Source: an uncultured Candidatus Saccharibacteria bacterium
GTDB taxonomy: Bacteria; Patescibacteriota; Minisyncoccia; Phycocordibacterales; CSBR16-119
Direction: 5' to 3'
DNA: 64,000 nt
NCBI GenBank assembly: GCA_964557535.1
Contig: CAZLAD010000002.1
Location: 85,560-149,559, forward strand
Position 1 is the first letter of the stretch, and every line of letters starts with the position of its first letter. Below the pieces are notes generated by a model. The model saw only the letters and a program-made list of their open reading frames with translations, was not told the origin of the DNA and did no database searches. Both the position numbers and the translations under genes were made by a program. This document shows positions 1 to 10,723 of the stretch, piece after piece.

Positions 1-47
1 AATCTCTAACGGGACAAGTAACCCCAAGTATATACAAAAATAGCCTT

Positions 48-1919
48 TTATTCCACCGTTACGGATTTGGCCAAACCTTCGGGCTTGTCTGGATTTTTAC
101 CCTTCAGAACCGCCAACTCAAAAGCCAATATTTGAAGAGGTATAACATTAACAAACGGTGAAAATTCCTCTTTGACTTCTGGCATTTCAATGTGTACCGT
201 CGCCGGAATATTTGCCTTATTTCCCCTAGTCACAAGAGCGATGATCGGTGCTCCGCGCGCCTCAGCTTCTTTTATATTAGAAATCATTTTATCAATCTGT
301 GAAGACGAAGTGGCAATAGCAACAACCGGCATATGTGCACCCAAAAGACCGATTGGGCCATGCTTCATTTCTGAGGCAGCATAACCTTCGGCATGAATCC
401 CGGCGATTTCTTTGATTTTCAGAGCACCCTCAAGCGCTATCGGATAAGAAACGCCTCGTCCCAGATAATATGCGCTCGTAGCGTCTTTTAAAATGGAAAT
501 TGCCCGATTAATACTTTCTCTGTTCATGGAAACAACTTCATCAATATAAATTGGCAGTGACTGAAGTTCCTCGAACATTTTTTGATAAACATTTTTCGAG
601 AGATTTCCATTAATTCTAGCCAAGTGCAAAGAAAGCATCATGGCAACAGTCATCTGTGCCATAAAAGCTTTTGTCGAAGCAACGCCGAGTTCTCGTCCTG
701 CACGCAAAAATATTCCCGCATCGGTCATTTCAGCCAAATGAGACCCTTCGACATTACAAATCCCAAGGATTATGGCGCCGAGTTCCTTGGCATGTTCAAG
801 AGCCCCAATAGTATCTGCGGTCTCACCAGACTGAGAGATCCCAATAACAATACTTCCTGGACCAACCATTGTTTTTCGATACCTAAACTCACTTGCAAGT
901 TCCACGCTTACAGCAATACCGGCAATTGCCTCGCACCAATATTTAAAAAGTAGCGCAGAATTATAGGAAGTGCCATGCGCTACAACATAGATAACAGACG
1001 CTTGTGCCAAAACTTTTTCGTATTCTTTGATCCCACCCAAAACCACTTCCATGTCCTTATGATGCAACCTGCCCTGTAAAACATTTTCAATCATGCGTGA
1101 TTGTTCGTGAATTTCTTTATCCATCCAAAACTTATATTCTCCTTTTTCAACAGCATACAGAGTGGATTCCAGGTGTTTTATTTCAGGAATCTCTTCTTCC
1201 CCCGTACGGGAATCTTCTACTGTATAACCATCTTTGGTCGCAGTAATAATTCTGTGTGATGGAACAACGACATACGTTTCTGTATAATGTGCAAATGGAT
1301 AAACTTCCGAAGCAATGAAAAATTCCTTTTCACCGTCGTGTTCACCCACTCCAATACGCATGGTACGACCTCTAACCGCACCAACAAATGTCTCGGGTTC
1401 ATCAAGCGACATAACAATAAAAGCAAACGTTCCCTCTACTTGACCTAGTGCCAAACGAACGGATTCTTTTAGATTTTTATTTGATATTTTTTGGATGTAC
1501 TCAATCCAATTAACTAAAATCTCCGAGTCAGTGTCAGAAGCAAGTTTTAGTTTCTTGCCAGTTTCTTTCTCGATTGTTTCTTTGAGTGATAAATAGTTTT
1601 CTATGATTCCATTATGAACAATTATTAACCGTTGATTTTGGCTTAAATGAGGATGAGCATTGCGATCTTCGGGAGCACCATGGGTCGCCCAACGATTGTG
1701 CCCAATGGCAATGTTGGATTTCATGGATTCGTGATCGTGAACAACAACTAAAAATTCTTCTAGACAATCTTCGCCACCCTTTTTCCTAATTAAAAATTTA
1801 TCACCAGAAGCGATAGCAATCCCGAAGCCGTGATACCCTCTAGTCTCCGCCCTTTTTAGAGCGTCGATAACAATATCCGGGGCATTTCTCTTACCTATAT
1901 ATCCAATAATTCCACACAT
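48..1919 (-). CDS. glmS: Glutamine--fructose-6-phosphate aminotransferase (divergent)
   Basis: N-terminal MCGIIG (start moved to 1919), RWATHG, HNGIIEN, SQSGETADT, E-x-KHGP, C-terminal LAKSVTVE. Confidence 0.95.
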   Translation of the reverse strand: MCGIIGYIGKRNAPDIVIDALKRAETRGYHGFGIAIASGDKFLIRKKGGEDCLEEFLVVVHDHESMKSNIAIGHNRWATHGAPEDRNAHPHLSQNQRLIIVHNGIIENYLSLKETIEKETGKKLKLASDTDSEILVNWIEYIQKISNKNLKESVRLALGQVEGTFAFIVMSLDEPETFVGAVRGRTMRIGVGEHDGEKEFFIASEVYPFAHYTETYVVVPSHRIITATKDGYTVEDSRTGEEEIPEIKHLESTLYAVEKGEYKFWMDKEIHEQSRMIENVLQGRLHHKDMEVVLGGIKEYEKVLAQASVIYVVAHGTSYNSALLFKYWCEAIAGIAVSVELASEFRYRKTMVGPGSIVIGISQSGETADTIGALEHAKELGAIILGICNVEGSHLAEMTDAGIFLRAGRELGVASTKAFMAQMTVAMMLSLHLARINGNLSKNVYQKMFEELQSLPIYIDEVVSMNRESINRAISILKDATSAYYLGRGVSYPIALEGALKIKEIAGIHAEGYAASEMKHGPIGLLGAHMPVVAIATSSSQIDKMISNIKEAEARGAPIIALVTRGNKANIPATVHIEMPEVKEEFSPFVNVIPLQILAFELAVLKGKNPDKPEGLAKSVTVE

Positions 1920-1988
1920 GAGTATGATTTTACACAAAACAAACCCCTTTTAAAAGGCAGAAATCTATCACTTTTAAATAACAAATCT

Positions 1989-2026
1989 GTATCATTTTTG
2001 TGGACGACCGTCCACAAAAATGATAC
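1989..2026. repeat. Perfect palindrome with 18-bp arms, copy 1 (GTATCATTTTTGTGGACG-AC-CGTCCACAAAAATGATAC)
   Basis: Read directly; ends 2 nt from the stop codon of the PaaX-like gene. Confidence 0.9.
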
Positions 2027-2028
2027 GC

Positions 2029-2613
2029 CTACAGATCAAATATTTTCTTCAATCTTTTTTCATTCTCTATATAACTTGTTTCCAAATAAATCACCTCTTC
2101 GACGAGCTTCGTGTCGGTCTTTATAAGATCGATCAAACCTTCACTTTTGTATGGGTACACCCACACGCTTGTTTGTAAAAGTCGAAACCCAATTTCTTGG
2201 AGTTTTCGACGGAAACGATTTCTACTCCCGCGACTTTTCTCCGGCACATCATAGACAACTACTCGCCATTTACCATCCCATTCTTTTTTGATTGGAATCT
2301 TATAGATATTCTTAAGATATGAGTCCCCTTTGTCTGTGATTTCCACATAAACTTCCCCACCACGAACACTCCTTTTTAAAAGTCCGAGCTTTATCAGTTT
2401 TTCCATCGAACGCTTGGCGCGAAAAATATGAGAGCGATTATCTCCAAGTTTTAGATTTTTTAATATCTTAATGGCGTTTGGCGCCATCATCGTCATACTC
2501 AACATCCCAGCAGTATAAATAGTCCGAAGCAAAACTTCCTGCCAATTTATTCTGTCTTTCCCTGCATATTTCGGCAATTTTATTTTCTTACGTCTTTCAC
2601 CACCCTTACTCAT
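2029..2613 (-). CDS. PaaX-like wHTH plus Cas2/VapD-like domain protein
   Basis: wHTH-like segment (LIKLGLLKR...ITDKG) followed by WDGKWRVVVYDVPE...GFRLLQTSVWVYP, as in the PaaX central/Cas2-like domain. Confidence 0.8.
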   Translation of the reverse strand: MSKGGERRKKIKLPKYAGKDRINWQEVLLRTIYTAGMLSMTMMAPNAIKILKNLKLGDNRSHIFRAKRSMEKLIKLGLLKRSVRGGEVYVEITDKGDSYLKNIYKIPIKKEWDGKWRVVVYDVPEKSRGSRNRFRRKLQEIGFRLLQTSVWVYPYKSEGLIDLIKTDTKLVEEVIYLETSYIENEKRLKKIFDL

Positions 2614-2620
2614 TTTTTAA

Positions 2621-2662
2621 ATGTAACATTTAGTTGGACGACCGTCTAGTTTAATGTGACAT
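2621..2662. promoter_or_regulatory. Imperfect palindrome, copy 2, overlapping the promoter of the PaaX-like gene
   Basis: Same GGACG-AC-CGTC core; minus strand reads TAGACG-17 nt-TACATT, 6 nt before the ATG. Confidence 0.7.
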
Positions 2663-2691
2663 AACTATGTTGAAAAATTAAAATAAAAGCC

Positions 2692-2943
2692 CTATTTAAA
2701 AGGCATTAAAAACGAACGAAGCCCCGACGCATTTGCGTGGGGCTTCGGCATGTAGTACTTACCCCGTGGGGTTTCCTTTTGTTGTCTTGGGTTTTGTTCG
2801 ATCTTCAAGTTAAAGTGCTTGCTCCAATAAGGCGCAGTCACCAATACGAGGAAGAGAAGGACGAAGAAAACCAAGATTCCAGTGTATTCGTTTGGCTCGG
2901 GTTTGATTCCAAGCTTTTTGCTAATTCCGTATCCTGGTCCCAT
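2692..2943 (-). CDS. Small hypothetical membrane protein
   Basis: 83 aa with one hydrophobic segment and an A/C-rich leader; the 3' part runs through a terminator-like hairpin. Confidence 0.4.
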   Translation of the reverse strand: MGPGYGISKKLGIKPEPNEYTGILVFFVLLFLVLVTAPYWSKHFNLKIEQNPRQQKETPRGKYYMPKPHANASGLRSFLMPFK

Positions 2944-2978
2944 GTGCGCTTGTTTTAAACAAAAATATTATAAATGTT

Positions 2979-5069
<2,091 letters not shown>

Positions 5070-5133
5070 TTACCGCATTTTTAGCTTATTGTGGAGCAAA
5101 ATCTAAATTTTCTAAATCCCAATAACTTGTTAA

Positions 5134-5265
5134 GCGAAACGAAACCATTCATGAAAAGGACTTTCGGAGGCGAGCCTGCCTTTTGAAGGACAGGCTCGCC
5201 GAGAAGGAACGGACGGCCATTTACAGGCCGTACCGTGTGCCTTTTCATGAATGGCTTCGTGGAGC
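5134..5265. repeat. Structured repeat family A, copy 1
   Basis: Multi-stem fold; core CTGCCTTTTGAAGGACAG shared with 59976-60108. Confidence 0.85.
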
Positions 5266-5288
5266 AATTTAATAAGTCAAATTTTTAA

Positions 5289-5376
5289 GCGGAGTAAGGC
5301 GGGGCTTTTGAAAGTCTGAGGACGTAGTGCAAAGACACGCTCCCGCGGGACTTGAAAAAGCCCCGCTTTGCGAAGC
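5289..5376. repeat. Structured repeat family B, copy 1
   Basis: Outer stem GCGGGGCTTTT/AAAAGCCCCGC; inner GAGGAC..TAGTGC..AGACACGCT shared with 52679-52773. Confidence 0.8.
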
Positions 5377-5380
5377 CTTT

Positions 5381-5860
5381 TTAGTAGGTTACTTCGATTA
5401 CACGCTCAACGGTTCTCTCAGTATTTTCTCCGCACGGAGTATTTGTCCCCTTTGAAATAATTCGAACTCCGCCAAATGGATCAATCTTATCGACGGACAA
5501 ACTCGCACAAGTAGAAGACGTTCCATCAGACAAAGGAATTTCAAATGTCGCAACAGACGGTTGTAAATAATTTACTTCGATAGCAATGCCCGCACAATCT
5601 ATCCCATTAAGTCCTTGACCAAAAGAATTGACGCGCAAATCGTGATAAAGCGCACACTCAACTCCAGAGTCAGCCGCATAAAAGGATTTATTGGCATCGG
5701 TTGCCGATCCAGACAAAACAACTTGCTTGAGCGAAATATTGGCAATACCCACCGCCATCGCCAAAACAACAGAAGCCAAAAGGACGGAAAAAAGCGCCAC
5801 AAATCCGCCAGATGATTCACTGCTCGCTTGGGATTTTAAATTTTTTAATGAGATTTTCAT
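5381..5860 (-). CDS. PilX-like minor pilin
   Basis: GFVALF leader, hydrophobic helix, SFYAADSGVECALY. Confidence 0.8.
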   Translation of the reverse strand: MKISLKNLKSQASSESSGGFVALFSVLLASVVLAMAVGIANISLKQVVLSGSATDANKSFYAADSGVECALYHDLRVNSFGQGLNGIDCAGIAIEVNYLQPSVATFEIPLSDGTSSTCASLSVDKIDPFGGVRIISKGTNTPCGENTERTVERVIEVTY

Positions 5861-5876
5861 AATTTATAAATTTATT

Positions 5877-6542
5877 TTATGGATTGATCCAATTCGAAAG
5901 ATTATATTCGTAGGAAACACTATGAGTTTTCGTACCCTGTATCCAATCCACTCGTGAAGTCACAGTAATTTCCGACGGAGAGATACTTTCGATTGATATG
6001 CTTCTGGTAAAAATTGAAGCAAAAGAGTCCAGTCCATCAATCGAATCATAACTAAAGTGACCAGAGCTTTCTGTGTAGGTCATCGGCGGACAACCTTCAT
6101 TAGGACAAGCAACCGGAGTACTGATCGTCCAAGGATCAACGTAACAAAACTCTGAAGAGATACAATAATCAAGTTCAGATAAAACGGCAGACCATCCGCC
6201 AGATGGATTTGAAATCGATACTGTGTCTCGAATGTTGTGAATCAATTCTGCGCCCTCCATGGCCAAGTAACCAGCCGTAAATTTATTTTTCACAAAATTT
6301 GTATTAGCAATTCCCGAAGCCGTAATAGCGATTAGACCCGTGATTGCTGTGGCAAATATAGCCACGGCGACGAGTGTTTCGATAAGGGTGAATCCGCGCA
6401 CCAAATTTGGTTTATTTTGTGTATCTCCGAAGAAACTGCCATGAGGATTTTTCTTTGAATTTGGTGTTCGGATAAATCCGCGCGTAAAATTCGCATTTTC
6501 TGAATCGGTCTTTATTGTTTTTTTATTTAAAGGAATATTCAT
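5877..6542 (-). CDS. Prepilin (PilV-like minor pilin)
   Basis: GFTLIE motif; start moved to the ATG at 6542. Confidence 0.85.
   Translation of the reverse strand: MNIPLNKKTIKTDSENANFTRGFIRTPNSKKNPHGSFFGDTQNKPNLVRGFTLIETLVAVAIFATAITGLIAITASGIANTNFVKNKFTAGYLAMEGAELIHNIRDTVSISNPSGGWSAVLSELDYCISSEFCYVDPWTISTPVACPNEGCPPMTYTESSGHFSYDSIDGLDSFASIFTRSISIESISPSEITVTSRVDWIQGTKTHSVSYEYNLSNWINP
6391..6483. mobile_element. MITE-like in-frame insertion in the prepilin leader
   Basis: Inverted ends TCCGCGCACCAAATT / AATTTGGTGTTCGGA; direct repeat AATCCGCGC at 6391 and 6475, 84 nt apart. Confidence 0.7.
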
Positions 6543-6552
6543 AAATTTAATA

Positions 6553-7284
6553 TCAAGGACCAGCCGGACCAGCAGGACCAACCGGTCCACCGGTTGAGCC
6601 AGTACCAGTGGTTGTAGTAGATCCGTTGTCTGGTATAGAAACAACATCAAGCACACGCTGAGACACTGTCGTCTGCATATTAAAATCTGTCTCGGCGCCA
6701 CTTAAATTTACAGTACCGACCAAAATGATGGTTATGGTTGGTTGTTTGCCGTCATCTATCTGCGAACCATCGACGATGAAGCCAGATTTATCTGGATCTA
6801 TGTATATCTCCGGTGGAGTAATTGGAACCATCGTCCCAGAAGCAAAGTTGAGATTGTTATAATCTTTTTTCCAAATAATGCCACCGTTTATATAATAAGC
6901 GACTTGATTATACGGATCAGCTGATGAATATTGCCAATAAGGTTCAAAAGAAATACTTTCACACGGACCAAAGCTTGGGTTATCTGGACCATCGTTGGTC
7001 AATGGACCAGATGAAACACTATAAACATCGTTATACGTAACTGCACCAGAATCCACACAAACAAAGTAATTCCCCAATCTCATCGAGCGGGCCATATCTT
7101 CCATGATAAAGCTCATGTTGTCGATGATGGCGCGCATGGACTGGGTTTTTCTACTCGTGGTATTCACACCCAGCACCGCACCGATACCAACAACCATGAT
7201 CACCGTAAACAAACCAATAGAAATCATCACTTCCACCAAAGTAAATCCTTTCTCGTATTGTTTTTTGACTGTTGCACGCTTCAT
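6553..7284 (-). CDS. Prepilin (PilW-like minor pilin)
   Basis: GFTLVE motif; QTTVSQR near the C-terminus; short Gly-Pro-X tail. Confidence 0.85.
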   Translation of the reverse strand: MKRATVKKQYEKGFTLVEVMISIGLFTVIMVVGIGAVLGVNTTSRKTQSMRAIIDNMSFIMEDMARSMRLGNYFVCVDSGAVTYNDVYSVSSGPLTNDGPDNPSFGPCESISFEPYWQYSSADPYNQVAYYINGGIIWKKDYNNLNFASGTMVPITPPEIYIDPDKSGFIVDGSQIDDGKQPTITIILVGTVNLSGAETDFNMQTTVSQRVLDVVSIPDNGSTTTTGTGSTGGPVGPAGPAGP

Positions 7285-7293
7285 GATTTTATT

Positions 7294-8034
7294 TTATCTG
7301 ATGTTTATATATCCCGAAGACCAAATAGAAACGTATTTGTGCGATCCTGACGGAGAAGTAATTTTCAAGAAAACATTGTTGTGTGGTGATACACCACCAT
7401 CATCCTGTGCGCCGTCTAGAATTATCGGGTTACCGCGCGGACGAGTAAAAGAGATAAAAGCTTGTGTACCCAAAACACCGTCGCAAGACAAACCAACGTA
7501 CTCAAAATCAAAACAAATCATGTCAATCACGTCACCGGAAGTTATCCTGATTTCTTCTAAACACTCTGATTCGGCACCAAGTCCGAAGCATCCTTCATAA
7601 GTCGATTCCGTAGTATCCCAAAAATCCCTATCGATCTCTATAACATTTGGATCGAGAACGGAGTTTTTGTTGAAATAATAAACGAAACCTTTGCCGGCCA
7701 AATCCCAACCATTTTGCGTATCTGTCTGAAATGCAATACCGTAACTCGGTTTCCAATCAAGAGGAGTTGACTGAATACTTCCGGGCGGAAATACTGGCAA
7801 ACTTCCAGACACCGCATCGGTCTGCGCACGCTTGATCTGCAGAGCAATATCCTGAGCTAAATTTTGCAAAGACACGTTGTTACTAAAATTTCTGTAATTG
7901 AAAAGTACGGTCGAAGAAATAGCCGCAAATATTCCCATCACGACAACAAGCTCAAGGGCGGTCATGCCCTTGTTTGTTGAAACGCTTCTATCAGAAGCGA
8001 GCCTGATTATTTTTTTATAAAAAAATCCAAACAT
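7294..8034 (-). CDS. Prepilin (FimT/GspH-like minor pilin)
   Basis: GMTALE motif followed by a hydrophobic helix. Confidence 0.8.
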   Translation of the reverse strand: MFGFFYKKIIRLASDRSVSTNKGMTALELVVVMGIFAAISSTVLFNYRNFSNNVSLQNLAQDIALQIKRAQTDAVSGSLPVFPPGSIQSTPLDWKPSYGIAFQTDTQNGWDLAGKGFVYYFNKNSVLDPNVIEIDRDFWDTTESTYEGCFGLGAESECLEEIRITSGDVIDMICFDFEYVGLSCDGVLGTQAFISFTRPRGNPIILDGAQDDGGVSPHNNVFLKITSPSGSHKYVSIWSSGYINIR

Positions 8035-8816
8035 TAGAACAAACTTCCAAAGAATACTCCAATGGAAGACATATCAACATTATACAAGAACGCTACTATT
8101 GCGCCTACAATAATAAATGGTCCAAATGGAATTTGATCGCTTGGTTTCTTGCCATAAATAATCATGAGCGCGATACCAAAAACAGCGCCAATCCAAAAAG
8201 CCAAGAGAAGTCCAGCAAATCCATAAGATAGTCCGAGAATCCAGCCAATTGGCAGAGCAAGTTTTACATCGCCAAAGCCCATTCCTCGCCCACGTGTTAT
8301 CGCCCACAAGACAAAAATCGGCAAAGCAAGAATCGGTCCAGCAAGAAATCCCAAAAATGGCAGTCCCCCATAAACAAGCGGAATAATGGACAAAATCATA
8401 AGCGGATAGACGAAATCGTTTGGAATTATCTTGTGACGAAAATCATAGACAAAAATCAAAATCAGAAAACTGTAAACAGTAAAGTAGAAAATGATGTTGA
8501 GCAAAAACGATTCGGGTCGCAAGTAAAGAAGCGGTAGAAAATGCGACACAATTGCCACAAATCCCACTCCAGTAAAAAACTCTACGAGCGGATACTGCAA
8601 AGATATACGCGCGCCACCGTGACGAGTTCGACCACCTTGGATGATATATGAAATGATCGGAATAAGCTCAAACCAACGCAAAGGCTTGCCTGTAACAGCA
8701 CATTTTGATCGGCCACCAAGACCTCGACCAGTACCATAACGCAAAACTACGACGTTTAGAAAACTTCCGATAATTGAACCAAATACAAAAATAAAAATAG
8801 ATGTAACTAAAGACAT
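8034..8816 (-). CDS. pilD: Prepilin peptidase (A24)
   Basis: GSFLNVV, YPLVE, D-x-RH-x-IIP, GMGFGDVKL, IPFGPF; start moved to 8816. Confidence 0.95.
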   Translation of the reverse strand: MSLVTSIFIFVFGSIIGSFLNVVVLRYGTGRGLGGRSKCAVTGKPLRWFELIPIISYIIQGGRTRHGGARISLQYPLVEFFTGVGFVAIVSHFLPLLYLRPESFLLNIIFYFTVYSFLILIFVYDFRHKIIPNDFVYPLMILSIIPLVYGGLPFLGFLAGPILALPIFVLWAITRGRGMGFGDVKLALPIGWILGLSYGFAGLLLAFWIGAVFGIALMIIYGKKPSDQIPFGPFIIVGAIVAFLYNVDMSSIGVFFGSLF

Positions 8817-8863
8817 GCCTAAAGTATAACCCAAAAAGACTTGAAGGGTTATCAAACCTGGTG

Positions 8864-8902
8864 AAAAACAAAAACCCCGCCGAAGCGGGGTTTTTGTTTT
8901 TT
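8864..8902. terminator. Intrinsic terminator after the major pilin
   Basis: AAAAACCCCGC-CGAA-GCGGGGTTTTT with A/T tracts on both sides. Confidence 0.85.
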
Positions 8903-8913
8903 AAGACAATTAA

Positions 8914-9417
8914 CTAAGGGGTTGGTTCACATCTGTACGGATCACTTGAAGTTCCGGCTCCTGCAATAGAATAATCAGTCGTAGCGGTTCCTCCTCCGGC
9001 AAAACCCTGAGAATCTACACAAAAGAATGTACCGTTTGCAAGCATTTGCATGTGAGCGGCCCAACTACCGTTATTAGAGTTGCAGTCGGCACCAGCGAGC
9101 GGACCATTTGAGCTGTTATCCCATTGTCCAACTTGTTTTGCGGCCGCTTCGAACAAGCCGTAAGGGTCAGATGTTGGAACGTTACAAACATCGTTATAAG
9201 AAAGAGTATCATCAAACATAATCTCCGCTTCGGCGCGCATGGAGGAGAGACTTCCCTTTGCACCAGCGTCACGGCCCTTGCTTCGAGCCGTTCCCAGAGA
9301 TGCGAGAACGATTGAGGCGAGGATACCGATGATCGCGACCACGACCAAAAGTTCAATTAGAGTGAAACCCTTCGCGTTGCTCAGGGCCTGCGGCCCCTTT
9401 TTAAATCCAAATTTCAT
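8914..9417 (-). CDS. Type IV major pilin candidate
   Basis: [33 protein letters not shown]; has its own terminator. Confidence 0.9.
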   Translation of the reverse strand: MKFGFKKGPQALSNAKGFTLIELLVVVAIIGILASIVLASLGTARSKGRDAGAKGSLSSMRAEAEIMFDDTLSYNDVCNVPTSDPYGLFEAAAKQVGQWDNSSNGPLAGADCNSNNGSWAAHMQMLANGTFFCVDSQGFAGGGTATTDYSIAGAGTSSDPYRCEPTP

Positions 9418-9514
9418 ATTAAAAAATTTCGTTAGTTATGCTTATAAATTTTTAGATGACTTTATTATATCACGCAATGGATTGGTCAATACAACCAAAA
9501 GACAAATCTGTGGA

Positions 9515-10717
9515 TTAAGCGATCGAACTTGCAATGTTGTAAATCGGCACCAAAATAGAAGTTAGGAGAATTCCAACCCCAAGACCGAGAAGCACGATCA
9601 TCGCTGGCTCAATAAGACCAATCAATGTGTCAACCGCGTCGTCGACTTCGCGTCGATAAAAATCCGCAAGAGTTTTTAGAATTGATCCAAGTGAACCCGT
9701 CTCTTCACCGACTTTAATCATCTGCACCATTATTGATGGGACCTCGACATGTCGCCCCATGGCTTCGGACAAAGTCTTTCCGGATTTTACTGATTCCAAC
9801 GCTTCTCTTAGGATAACTGTGTAAACTTGATTGCCCACCACATCAGCTGTGATTTCAATAGCCCGAACGATTGAAATACCCGAAGAAAGCATCGTGTTTA
9901 AGTTGTCAGAAATACGCGAAAGATACATTTTTTTGTACAAATCACCGATAAGCGGAAGAGAAATTTTGAGATGGTCCAAGTACTGTTTTCCCTTGTCACT
10001 TCGATGAAACCAGAAAAGGTAAACGATAAGTGCTACGAAAAATATCGCAATGAAAATTCCATAATTGACCAAGAAGCTACTTATGCCGATGATGATACTA
10101 GTATAGATGGGAATTTCTTGACCAGATTCGAGCAAAAGCTGTGACAGGTTTGGGATGACCATCGTAAACATAAGAAGCATAACGGTGATAAACACCACGA
10201 TAACAAATGCCGGATAAATCAAAGCGTTGCGAGTTTTTGAAGTCAAATTATACTGTCGATCCAAATACTGAGCCAAATATTCAAAAGTTTCGTTTAGTTT
10301 TCCAGATTCTTCACCGGCTTTTATCATGTTTACATAAAATTCCGAGAAAGTGTCAGGGTGCTTGGCTAATGCGTCAGATATGGACGAACCTGCCTGTAAA
10401 TCGTCACTAACTCCGCGCAACTGATTTGCCAACATTTTGTTGTCGGCATTGTCGGAAAGCATGGTAAAAGCTTTCAAGGCCGAAATTTGTGAGGAAAAGA
10501 GTGTGGCGAGTTGTCGCGACATGACCACCACGTCACGAAGCGGTACCCGATCAAGAAAAGTCCCTCTCAAAAAAGATTTGCTTTCTTCTCCTTTGAGCGA
10601 CACCACGATAAATCCGCGTCGCTGAAGTGCAGAAATTGCCACGGTTTTATTTAGGGCATCAATTGAACCGTCTTTTTTCTTCCCTTCTTGGTCTAGGACT
10701 TTGTATTTGAATAACAT
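9515..10717 (-). CDS. pilC: Type IV pilus platform protein (PilC/GspF)
   Basis: RQLATL, AGEESG, ALIYP, VGEETG, LIEP. Confidence 0.95.
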   Translation of the reverse strand: MLFKYKVLDQEGKKKDGSIDALNKTVAISALQRRGFIVVSLKGEESKSFLRGTFLDRVPLRDVVVMSRQLATLFSSQISALKAFTMLSDNADNKMLANQLRGVSDDLQAGSSISDALAKHPDTFSEFYVNMIKAGEESGKLNETFEYLAQYLDRQYNLTSKTRNALIYPAFVIVVFITVMLLMFTMVIPNLSQLLLESGQEIPIYTSIIIGISSFLVNYGIFIAIFFVALIVYLFWFHRSDKGKQYLDHLKISLPLIGDLYKKMYLSRISDNLNTMLSSGISIVRAIEITADVVGNQVYTVILREALESVKSGKTLSEAMGRHVEVPSIMVQMIKVGEETGSLGSILKTLADFYRREVDDAVDTLIGLIEPAMIVLLGLGVGILLTSILVPIYNIASSIA

Positions 10718-10723
10718 AAATTT

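Noticed and set aside
1920-1990. glmS ribozyme upstream of glmS
   Set aside because: No recognisable core sequence and almost no leader, as a -10 element lies 7 nt before the ATG
2029-2613. CRISPR-Cas locus suggested by the Cas2-like motif
   Set aside because: No repeat-spacer array and no cas1 or effector gene in the window; the protein has PaaX-like architecture
6553-6600. Collagen-like domain at the minor pilin C-terminus
   Set aside because: Only about four Gly-X-Y triplets, too short for a triple helix
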